A stretch of DNA of 64,000 nucleotides from Lama guanicoe (lineage: Eukaryota): contig MU054925.1 of assembly GCA_013239625.1 (NCBI GenBank), positions 24,870,378 through 24,934,377 on the forward strand, read 5' to 3'. The notes beneath the pieces were generated by a model. It saw only the letters and a program-made list of their open reading frames with translations. It searched no databases and had not been told where the DNA came from. The position numbers and the translations under genes were made by a program. Of the stretch, positions 50,772 through 61,898 are shown one piece after another. The stretch's first letter is position 1, and every line of letters starts with the position of its first letter.

Positions 50772-51759
50772 GTGAGCGGGCGGGGCTCTGGGCCAGGTGG
50801 CGGCTGGGGGCCTGGCTCCTCAGCTCAGAGCGCGGTCCTGGGAGCCCGTGGGGAAAAAGAGCCTCCGATACCTACCGATCCCTTGTCGCGGATGAGGCAC
50901 TGGGCTCCAGGACTTCGCGTGTCCTCACCAGTGGTCTTCAGGGGGTGTCACCTCCACTTGACAGGAGGGAACACGGAGGCTCAGAGAGATGGGCACACAG
51001 CCTCCTGACGGGGGCTGGGGTTTTAACCCACATCTGACTCCACAGCCTGCCTTCCCACCTCTACGTACTCGGCCTCTTTTTTGATAAGGGATCCTTGTTT
51101 TTTCTCCTTGCATAATGATCACTTGGTATAGTTCAGCCTGGTTGTTCTGTCTGGCCTCGGCCTGGCCTTTCTGGGAGACGCTTTGGTGATGAGCAGGGAG
51201 GGATCACATGATGGAGGAATCTGAGTCCCAGAGTAATCTTCTTGCTGATGGGGAGCATGACGGCCCCGTCCCGGGAAGGCGGAAGCTGCCGCAGGTTTGC
51301 AGAGCGCTCCTCACAGGCGGGGCTTTGTGGAGGCACCGAACCTGTGCTCTGGGGGTCCCGGGCCAGCTGTCCTTCATACCCATGCCTCTGAACGTCATTA
51401 AAGCGTTCCAGGGCATCTGGTGAAGTGAGGAGGCGTGTACTGGGAAGCTGGGGGTCTGTGATTTATGCCAGCTCACCGAGGAGAGGGGGCGGTTAGCTTC
51501 GAAGAAAGACGACGGTCACTGGCCCTCCTTCCTTTGGCCTGGGACTCGCCTCGCTGCCTGGTTATGTAATCCTCAACGAGCCCTTCTGTGTTTTGTATGC
51601 AGATGTGGCTTGAAGCTCTTGATGGAAGGAAATGCCAGGGGAGGGCTGCTGACTGGCAGCGGATGCAGGCCGGCCAGCACGCACATGGCCCGCGTTCTGG
51701 GGGGCTTTCTGGGGATACCGCGCCGTCTGTACTGTGGAGGCCCTTAGGTCTCACCTGCC

Positions 51760-51910
51760 CTGCTCAGAGTGAGTCGTCTGCAGAGCTGGTTAGAATTCAG
51801 GCTCTGATTCAGCCAGCGCCAGCAGAACTGGAGAGTCTGCATTTCCAGCAAGCTTCCCGGGGAAGCCAAAGGTGCTGGTTCATGAATCACGCTCTGAATA
51901 GTAAGAGTCT
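51760..51910. mobile_element. hAT-Charlie MITE (MER5-like)
   Basis: tctgattcag...gagagtctgcatttccagcaagcttcccgggga...tgctggttcatgaatcacgctctgaatagtaag. Confidence 0.65.
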
Positions 51911-53589
51911 AACGGAAGAGACAAAACAGATACGACTTAAGAGACTGTCATCCGAACCGGGTACGTGACGACGGGGAAGTATTCCTTCTTCCGTCTGCAG
52001 CTCGTAAAGCTCTTCCACGTCCAGTGTTGTGTTTGATGGTGACAGGTACCCAAGGTGGGGAACCAGTGAGGGAGAACTCTGGGGGTGAGGAGAAACAGAT
52101 GCGGTTTCACAGCAGAGGTGACTTTTGAGAGGGCTTTGAAAGAGAGAAGAGGAGTGGTTAGAGGCGGAGGGGAAGGAGAGAAAATGAACACCGAGAAGGG
52201 GGAGAGAAAGACACGGGAGCCCCAACGAGGTGAGGGGTGTCCTCTTTCACGGGTGGAAGGCAGGCTTAGGGCCAAGTACGTGGCCCAGGAAGAGCCCGAA
52301 AGCTGAGCCGGGACACCAGCCCAGGTGGAGTGACCCGGAATCCTCTCCATAACGTGGGCGATGGGAGGACCTGGGCGGGGTGCTGACTCGGGGCCAGGCG
52401 GGGGCAGGGTCTGTTCTCAAGGATTCTAGGAATCCGATGGTCGTCGGTGCAGGCGTTCGCAGGGCAGGTTTCCGGGGTCGGGACACATGAACTGAAAAGT
52501 CTTCGGAGCTGCTCTTTCCCTCCAGGTGTTGCTAGTGCCCAGCTCAGCTTTGTCTGATCAGCATCCGTGCGGACACAGACGTGTCTGCACACGTGCACGG
52601 CGACCCATCAGAGCCGTTCCTGTTTAGAAGAGACAGCCTGTAGATCTCACCATCGTCACACGTTCCTTTCCTCCCCTCGCTTTGTTTTCTTCTCTCTGAA
52701 GTGTTTGAATGTGCTCTGTCTTTAAATCTCTCAGGGGCCGGTTTTGAAGTTTTCTGTTAATCACCTTACTTTACGGTCACAGAAAACTCTGGTGCATTTT
52801 TGGGTTTCTGTCTCAGACATGAAGGCTTAACAGGAGCCTTGTGAGCCGTCACCCGACCAGGATTAAGAGCCAGAAGTCACCCCCCGCCTGCCCCCCAGCC
52901 TGCTCAGAGCGCCTGCATTCACTGGGTTTTCCCGTCCACATCGTTCTTTGGACGAGGAGTTCTTGTCAAACAGCCTAAAAATCTGTAGCATCGAAGAATT
53001 CTTAACTCTGAATGTCCAAGTTGCTGAGGAACCACATGTCTCGTGTGCTTGGTGAGGGCCCAGGAAGTGTTCAGTCCTTTTTGCCAGCGCCGTTCCTGGC
53101 GGTGTCCAGTCCTGAAGCCACAGGAATCCCTGCTGAGGACTTCCTGGAGAGCACTGGCCCCAGCAGACTAGGAATTGGGGGTGCCCGGCTGAGTCACTCC
53201 ATGGGAGGCTGGCAGCTCATGGGAACTCGAGCTGCGGGGAGCAGGTTCCCTGCCCACGTTGCGGACCCACTTAGTCTGACCCCGCACAGGCAGCCCGGTC
53301 GAGGTTGAGAGGGTGCTTAGCCTCCCTCCCGAGGAGGCGGGCTTCGGGGAGACGTCTTTAGAAGCCGATTCTAAGAGGCTGCAAATACTCCCAAGTGGAG
53401 GAGAGAAGGGCAGCTAGTGAACAGGGTCAGAGGTGGAAGAAGTCAGCTGGGAGGTTGTAATAGAAAATCTTCTCTCTCCTTCTGGCCACCCTTCTCCCCT
53501 TTCACTGGAGATGGGAATATCCCTGGCAAAGCCAGGGCCAGGCTGCTGCCTACCGTGAAGTCCTCACCACCTAAGAATGGGATTTAGAG

Positions 53590-53720
53590 GCAGAAAATCC
53601 AAGGTGTGAGTCTTGGCTCTGCCCCTTCCTAGCTGGGTAACCCCAGGCAAGCCACAGGACTTCTCTGACCTGAGTTCCCAACTGTGAATCTGGGTTAATA
53701 CCACCTCACGTGTCCACTGG
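53590..53720 (+). mobile_element. MIR SINE fragment
   Basis: gagtcttggctctgccccttcctagctgggtaaccccaggcaagccacaggacttctctgacctgagttccc. Confidence 0.7.
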
Positions 53721-56700
53721 GTGGTGGAAAGGAGATAAACATATGGGCCCCGAGGGTGGGGGTGGGAAGCACTCAGGGAGGAGGGAGTGGGTGACAGAAA
53801 GGCCAGAGTGGCTGCCAGGCTGACAGAACTGACACAGCCCCGGTCTCTGTATAGGGCATCTTGGCTATTGGCACGCTGTTGCTAAGCGAAGTCAGAATGG
53901 GCATCTTGACTCCAAGGACTTCCTCCCATGGAAAATTCCTATGTCTTCTTCTCTTCTTAAATTTAAAATCATTAAGTACCCTTAAATATTGAGGCAGGAC
54001 AAGGCTGGCATGATCACTCTTTCTCTGGATTGAATCGGTCCCAGGTACTTGTGACTTCTCTCTGTGTGTTCCTGGGTGACGTCCTCTCAGGTTCCCTGCC
54101 CGGGCCCAGGGGGTCAGGCGGCTGGGGGGTGGCCCCTGAGTTCTGTGTGTTAGAGTCTATCACGGTTACACCTTGGCTTACTGGTAGATTCGGGTCTCGG
54201 CTCCACACACGGCGGGAGGCGGCACTGGGAGCTTCAGGACTCACAGTGCTGCTCGGACTCAGATGCCATCTCAGATTCGTTGACTCAGGCCCCAGACAGG
54301 GCTGCACTTTCAGAGAAATGTGACTACGAGTGACCTCACTTAGCCCTGGCAGCTCAAGGCAGGAGAAAAAACCTGAGTTCCCTCTCCCCCATAGGAAGCT
54401 GAATTTGGGTGCTACCATGTAGAGTTTTGGTGATAGCTTTTATAATAAGCAGATGTTTTTAACCCTGAACCACACTTAAATTTTCATGAAAATTTATGTG
54501 CCACACACCCTTTTTTGAATAATTTTAGCACTGTTTGGCTTTTCTCCAGGCCAACTGAAATGAGAATTTGTGTTCATCTATAAAGGATGATTTGATAAGC
54601 CACGCAATCTGATGTATTTAACCTGAATAAGTAGTAAATTAGTGGTGTGTATCTTTGCCTGAAGGCATCTGAAGACTGCACAGTGGGCAGGTTGTAGTTA
54701 AAAGATCAAACACACAATTCCCAGCAAAGACTCAGCAGCCTGATTTTTTTGTGACAGTCAAGCTCAGGAGAAAAGCCAGTCCCTGATACAGACCTGAGTT
54801 GCTCTTGAAAGTTAGAAACTCAAGAAACAGTAAGAAGGAAGGCGGGCAAAGGAGACCAAGCAATAACTTAAGTAGAAGGCATCTATTCTGTTAATAAAAT
54901 AACAGATTTCCCTTCTGAATCTTAGAGTTCTCCCTTGCCAACATAAGGTGTATTTTCAGAGGCGTGGTTTTGAGTTAACTGCACTTAAAGACAGGGTGAT
55001 CAGACAGAATATTGCTCACCCACCCTGCAGTGTGTGTGCCCCGAGACCTCGGGCCGCTCTGGCCCATCCTCTTCGCCAGGATAGCACGTGAACTGGCGGC
55101 TGAACTGAAGGGTGAACTAGCCAGGGAGAACCCCCTCACACGCCAGCCTGACCCTGCAACATGCAGGCTGCTGCTGGGGGACAGGCTGGGCTGCGCTTTG
55201 CCCTGACCGGGGCCGACTGGATCATGACTCCCACAGTAAGTCTTACGCAGTCAGCGTGTACTGACATTCAGGCTTTGCGTGCACGGTCCTGTTTGGTTCC
55301 TGTAACAGCACTGCAGGTGGCACCGTCACCATTTCAAGGACAGGAACCTAAGCCCGGGAAGGTTGAGCCAGGGTCACACCGCTGGGAAGTGCTCGCGCTG
55401 AGGTTCAGTCCAGATCTGCTGAATCGGAACTCACCCTGGACGTGGTTCCATCCGGGCTCACACACAGCCTCGGTGTTGGGAACCCGCAGCGGCTGGTCTC
55501 GGGCGGCATCAGGTTTTCCTGACTCGGACTGGCTCGTCTCCCAGGCCCCTCCTCCCCTCAGTGGTGCTGAATTAGCCACCTACAAAAAAGGCGAGGCCCA
55601 GAAAAGGCCCCCGGGAGTGGGAAAGAGTGTCTCCTAGGGGACGCTGACCGGCTCGTGCATGAATAACACGATGGGGTTAATTCTCTGAGCTCCCGCCAGC
55701 ACCGCTAGTCAGGCAGCCACCTGGAGCCCCGTGCTACCCGGATCTTGTTTAAAAGACTACAGTTCAGGGATGAGAGAGAACAGCTCTTAAAGAGGATGCA
55801 TCTGGAATGTGTGTTAATTTGGACTTGCTAAAATCTGGTAAACTCCATGGCCTGCACCTAAGCTTGGACCAGCGAATGATATTTCCTTTGGTGGCCATAT
55901 ATGGGGAGAGAGAGAATTTTAAAGGGTTCACCAAAGCCACAGCCAGACTTGGGCTCCCACACCCTGATGACTCATCTGAATGGGTATAACTCCCTGATAA
56001 TTAAACATTAGAGCGTCTGGTCCAACATCCCTTAAGCTTGGTGCCAACTTTTTCTCACAGCTACAGTAGACAGCTCTGCGCAACCCCACCCCTCTCCCCC
56101 TCTCTCACACACACGCACACGCACACACTCTTCCACTGGAGATTTTTCCACTTTGTTCCATTTTGTATTAGTTCACTTGACCTCTTCAGAAATGAACAGT
56201 ATAGGGATATAAAAGCAAATAAGTAATTTTCCGAGTTAAAAGTCGTATCATCGTGGCGGCCAGTGGGGTACTCTCAGATGGTGGGGTGCTTTCTTCACAT
56301 CAGAGGCGAGAGCGCATTCCCAGAAAATGCTTTGCTGAAAGCCCTTAGCAGCTTGCATCCCAAAAGAGCCATGTAAGAGAGAGAGCCTTTTCTGCCTGAA
56401 AACACCTCCTGGGTAAATTGTCCGAGCAAGTAAATTCTGTTAGCAAAGCAAGCACCACCGAGCATCTACGCTGAGGAAGCATTCTAAGCTGACTCCCAAG
56501 CAGCGGGGCCTCTGGCCTCACACGTGTGCTCGTCTCCGTCTAACGAGAAGACACAGGAAGCAAGCGCAGTCAGAAAGCCACGTGTTAACGAGGGCGAGAG
56601 ATCAAGGTGGGAACTGAATTCCTGTCACTGCCTTCTGTTTAAAAGGGGAACTGGCCACAGTCCTGCACCTTTCTTGACCCCAGACAGCCTGATGCTAAAA

Positions 56701-59700
56701 AAAAACCTGCAGACAAGTGCTCTCCAGATTGAAGACAGCAGCTTTCGGGCCCAGCTAGTCCAAGGAATGGAGCAAGGGGTTTGAGGGGGTAACTCAGGAC
56801 GGAAATGGAGACCGACAGTTACTTGTGGCTCGTAATTGGGTAAAACTGAGGCCCTGGACGTCTGCAGGGGAGGCGTGGTGACAGTGGCGACAGGAGCAGA
56901 GGAGTGAACGTAAATGTGCACACAGCCATCTCGAGGGGCCTCAGTTCCAGGAAATAAGTAGTGGGGAGGCCCTGGTGGACAGGATGGAGGGGAGAGCTCA
57001 GCAGGGCGTGCGCCTGACTCCCCGACCTCTCCTTCCCTGGCCTCACTGCACTTCCTGTGCTTCACTCTGTGCCCGGCGGGCCCTGGCTCCTGACAAAGTG
57101 ACACAGGGACCCTCTGCTTCCGTGCAATGTACAGTAATGGGTTCGGGCTTTTGTTCTGGAATTCCAGGGAGGGTGCTGGCAGGGGCGTGCCTCAGTTAGC
57201 TCCTGAGATGGATATGTTTCAGCAGTGGTCCTGCTGTATGTCCAGCTTTCCTGCCTAACCTGGGAGGCCGCAGCCTTGGTGAAGATGTCCCCTGGGCTCT
57301 GAGAGCCTTCAGTGGCAGGCAGGTGAGGATCCAGCCTGTGCTGCCCTCGGAGAGGGCCCAGAGTGCTTTCTGAAGTCAGCTGACACCACAGCAGGGCCTG
57401 AGGTCAGGCCCATCAGGGTGAGGGTGAAGTGAAGAGGGACTTGGCACTTGCCTCTCGGTGGCTGGAAACAGTGTGTCAGCATCACCGGCTGCGCAGCCCC
57501 ACCCGCCAGCCAGGCGTGCTCTCGCCCCACCCTCTGCACTTGAGCTTGGGTTCGCGTCCGTCCGTCCGTGGCAGCTGTGCAGAGCAGCTGCCGGGCCGCA
57601 GGCTCCCCGCCCAGGCTCACACCACGTTCTGCCCGCTAGTCTGGAGGATGCGGAGCCGCCCTGCCCGGCCACGCTTCGCGGGTGGCTTCCTTGTGTTGTG
57701 AAGCGCCGGGAGCCAGGTCTGCGCTGACATCCCGTCTCCTCTGAGTTACGCGTGTCCCGACCTTCGTGGGGGTGTGCTGGACACTGTGTGTCACAGTGAG
57801 TGGGGCAGAGGCTGTAAGCCATTTGAGAGGAACGTGGATGCTGTAAAAGGGCTCCAGGACTCAGGTGTACCCAAGAGTGGGGTCCCTGAGCCTGAGCAGG
57901 ATGCAAAGGTGGCAGCAGGTGGGGTCACCACTCCGGACAGTCTCCCCACTGGTTAGCCTGCCCAAGGCTGCGTGCCAGACTTGACGTGTCGGCACCTGCT
58001 TGTATATAAAATATTTGTTACACAAACACTTCCCCCAATTCAGCAGAGTCATAAACTCTAAAACTGCATTTCTCTCCCTCCCATACCCTGCTCCTTCCCC
58101 GCTGCAGACCCCCACCCCTGGCCGCCCCCACCCACGCCGGCCCCCTTCAGTCTTAGAGCTCCCTGGCCTTAGCTCCTTCATTTCCTCTCTGCTCTAGACG
58201 CTGACCGTCTCAGACAGAGCTGGCCAGCAGTGTCCTATGCCCCTGAGAGGTGTGTAGCCATCTGGCCTCCACAAAAATTCTCTGATCAGGAAAATGTTCT
58301 GAATTTGTTTTTATCATGTACACATATACAGGATCCTTTAAAATGGATCTCTTTAGGGTGAAGCCCACTAGCCTGTCTCTAGGGAACGGGAGAATGAGAA
58401 CACACTGGCACTGAGGCACAGGTGGCTGCACGTGGACGAGGCTTTCAGTTTCTCCTTTCACAAACCCACGTTTTTTCAGGCCCCAGCATTACCACCTAGA
58501 AATTGAGAGAGTTGACCCAAAGTGTCTCTTACGCCATCTTTAGTTCTGAAAGTCCATGAAGCAGCTTGCACACTACTCCTGAGGGTCTGCACCAGGAGTG
58601 GATGCGGGCTCAGGAGGGAGAGGAGACTGTGGGGACAAGCGAGTGAGTCAGACGAAAAGGGTTGAGGAATTTGGAGCGTCTGCACACGGCAGGCGATCTG
58701 TTTCACCCGGAAGAGTTCCGGGAGGTGCTGTGTGGCACCTTTCCTTCCGCATCATTTTCCAGTCGAGACGTGCCAGGGGCTCGCCCTTGACCTCTCACTG
58801 CAGTTGTGTCGACAGCGACAAGGATGCCATCTTCCCATCCCTTCTTTCTCACAGTGTCTAGGCGGGGTTGGCCTTAAGTAAAACCATTTCAGGAAAGAGG
58901 AGAGTCCCAGCATGCAAAGCAGTAGGTGACACACGCTGTCGGAAGGAACACTGTCGCGTGTGAAGCAGCCTCGTAGGGAGGCGTGTGGGTGTGCGTGTCA
59001 TGTTCAAAGACAAGCGCCAAGTGTTTCTCCCTGAAACAATAGCAAAGAACTTGGGAAAGCCTTTCCAGTAGGCTAAACACAAACCAACAAAAATAAATAT
59101 ATTGTTGTATAAAAGTGACAGATCAAAGTCTAAAACTCATGGAATCCAAAAAAGGATAGAGGAAAACCAATAAAAATTGCTGACAGCCCATGTATAACCA
59201 CAAGGGACGTTCTGGTAGATTGCTGGCTAGTTGAACGTGCAGGGGAGGTTGCCTGAGCCAGCCTGGGAGAAGGGCAAGTTCGCCTGATGGTTCTTTATTC
59301 AGAAGCTCTGTCCGGCCTGCTCTGCCCTCCTTTCTCCCACCCCAGCCCTGCCACCTCTGGCTTCCTCTGCCTGGCAGCCCCGGGGGCCAGGGACCCAGCG
59401 CCGAGAGGTGAGCACTGCCTCCTCATGGCCCAGTGGGGGGCCAGTGTCCCTTCACCTGAAGGCCCGGAATGACACCAAACAGTGATTCTCCAGCTGGCTT
59501 TTCCGACGGATTTCATCAGAAATGGGTGCGGTTCTCTCTCTGGCAAGGGCCCGTCTTTGTTACCCTGGATCATCCAAGAACCACCAGTGAGTCTGGGAGG
59601 GCGAGTGGTCACTCTGGCCCAGCTGAAGATTATGTAACGGGGCCTGTCTGGCTAAGGTCGTCTTGAGCCAGGAGCAGACCACACCGACACCTGGGCTCGG

Positions 59701-59949
59701 GCGCGGCTTGGGCAACCTCCACGTGGCTCCACTGGGAAGAGAGAAACTTGTGCCTCTAAATTTGTACCCCAGAGAAGGGAAGAACCAGCTTGTGTGGGAG
59801 TCGAGCGCTACGTACACCTGGGGTCAGCATCCAGACGGCAGACGAGCTGTGTGACCTCGGGCTGATGACACTGGTCTGTAACACTCTGCTGGGTGCTTGC
59901 TTTCCATGGAATGTGGGATCCGGTTTTTCTTTTTTGGTTTTTTCTTTTT

Positions 59950-60290
59950 GTAATTAATAGACTTTATTTTTTTTAACGACAGTTTTAGGTTTACAGAAAC
60001 ACTGAGCAGCAAGTACTGAGTTCCCATGTGGCCCCTTCCTCCCTCACCCCCGGTTCCCCTGTGTGTATGCGCCCCCGTTGATGAACCAATGCGGAGACAT
60101 TCTTATTAACTGGAAGCCATGGTTTACATTAGGGTTAATGCTGGGTGGTGTGCATTCTGTAGGTTTTGACGGATGTATGACGCCACGTACCCACTGTTAC
60201 AGCAGCAAACAGGATAGTTTCACTGCCCTAAAAATCCTCTGTGCTCTGTCCATTTGTCCCTCTGATCAGCCACTGATCTTTTTACCATTG
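59950..60290 (-). mobile_element. Ancient L1 (L1MC1/L1MB-like) 3' end
   Basis: atagactttatttttttaacgacagttttaggtttacagaaac...gttgatgaaccaat...gtttacattagggtt...gtttcactgccctaaaaatcctctgtgctct. Confidence 0.85.
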
Positions 60291-61329
60291 GGATCCATGT
60301 TTTTAGTTCAGTTTTTTTTGCCCTCAAATGTATAACAGATACTATAAATGACAATTTTGGAGTCATGGAGCAGAGTTAGAGATCACTGTCACTGTTTTTC
60401 ACCGTCAACAGCAGATTCTGGATTGTTTTCTTAGAAAAATGAGCTGCAGAGATTCTTCTTCTTCAATATAGATAATTGCCCTAACTCATCAAAGGGGCAA
60501 ATACTTAAAGCTGAGAGTAATATACTCGTGCTTTAGGGAAGTGAAGGATTCTCTTCAGTCGCCCCCGGGCCCCGCCTCCTCCTCCAGGCGTGTTCGGGGG
60601 GTGGGGTGGGTACCAAAGGAGGCCTCGCCCCGTCTCTAGTGGCTCCTGTCCCCGGTGGGTCCGCAGGCAAACTGGGAAAATCCAGTTTGTCAGCTCACTT
60701 GGTAAGATGCATGGAAACACAGCTGGCAGATCTGAGTGCAAAGGACAGTCTTGGCCTTCCTGAATCTTCCTGGGGGGAGTCTGAAGGGTAGAGGGGATTC
60801 TGTGGCTCACAGGTACCCAGCCCTCTCCTGTGGCCCCTTCTTTACCCTCATGCCACCACCAAAAAAAAAAAAATTATCTAGTCCACCTACAAAGGAGCGT
60901 GGGCTTCAACGGTAAATGTTCCGTTGTTTACACGGTAAACAAGACTCTACCTAGATGGACTTTCTCTGAGGAGGCGACTCATTACCTCAGGAGTCTTTCT
61001 TAGAACAGCCTCTTCAGTTGAACCTGGGAAGAAGGAGGAAAAAAAAAAACAAACACTTCTCAGAATCATCAGCATTTGCATCATACAATCCAACTTCCTC
61101 CCTTCCTCTCTGTCTTTCTCTCTCACACACACACCCTCCCTCTTTCCAGTCGAGAACATTTTGAGAGGTCAGTGCCGCCCCCGTGTCTAAAACTTCAGTG
61201 TTTGCCTTTGCAGGGACTTTTCCAACTTTACCTAGAAAAGAACTAACCAGAACCTTAGCGCTTGTGGTCAGCCTGCTTCCGGCTGTGGCTCGGGTCGGTT
61301 TGTCTGCTCTGACAGAGGAAGTGCTTGCT

Positions 61330-61520
61330 GTGACGGGAACCGCGCTGGCCGGATTGCAGGAGGACCGGCAGACGGTGCCTAATGACATCGGTATGCGAGG
61401 TGCCAGCGGCCAGGGGCGCGGACGCGCAGCGCGGCGGCCCGCACCCCGGGCCGCCCCCGCCGCGCCCTCCTGACCGCACACCCACCAGCACGCACCCCGG
61501 CACGGAGTCGTGTATAAACA
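61330..61520. promoter_or_regulatory. Short CpG/GC-rich intronic element (candidate enhancer or internal promoter)
   Basis: Dense CpG, GC boxes (CCGCCCC), TATAAA at 61513-61518; function inferred only. Confidence 0.4.
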
Positions 61521-61774
61521 GCATGTCTTGGTTGAGGAGGACTTTCTCAAAAATGCGATAGGAGCCAAGATGCTGAGACATGCTTCTGAACTGGGACAGA
61601 CATAAGGCAGATCCTGCCAACTTCGATAGGCCTTCAGACCCTGGCTGCCGGAGTCCCTGAGCGCTCAGACTAGCTCCACATTTTGTGTGGAAGCCTGAGC
61701 TAAATGGAAAATGACTGGACTCAGGTGTTCTCTCTCAGCTCCTGTGCTAGGAGCTGAGATATTTGAACCATTTT

Positions 61775-61898
61775 TTTTCTTTTTTGTGGGGGGGGAGGGT
61801 AATTAGGTTTATTTATTTCTTAGTGGAAGCACTGGGGATTGAACCCGGGACCTCGTACATGCTAAGCAGGCACTCTACCACTGAGCTATACCCTCCCC
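61775..61898 (-). mobile_element. tRNA-derived SINE, camelid Vic-1-like, with target-site duplication
   Basis: Reverse strand reads GGGGAGGGTATAGCTCAGTGGTAGAGTGCCTGCTTAGCATGTACGAGGTCCCGGGTTCAATCCCCAG (Pol III A and B boxes), then AAATAAATAAACCTAATTACC and an A-rich tail; direct repeat GAACCATTTT at 61765-61774 and 61906-61915. Confidence 0.88.

Noticed and set aside
52660-52740. Strong pyrimidine tracts with AG as a possible cryptic exon
   Set aside because: No convincing donor nearby and no ITPR1-like coding sequence.
52590-59730. Cluster of CACGTG E-boxes and scattered TGASTCA AP-1 sites
   Set aside because: Both motifs occur throughout the window at broadly chance-like frequency; local enrichment cannot be supported without a background model.
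61825-61898. Apparent tRNA-Ala-like gene on the minus strand
   Set aside because: It has a SINE tail and a target-site duplication and an imperfect acceptor stem, so it is a SINE rather than a tRNA gene.
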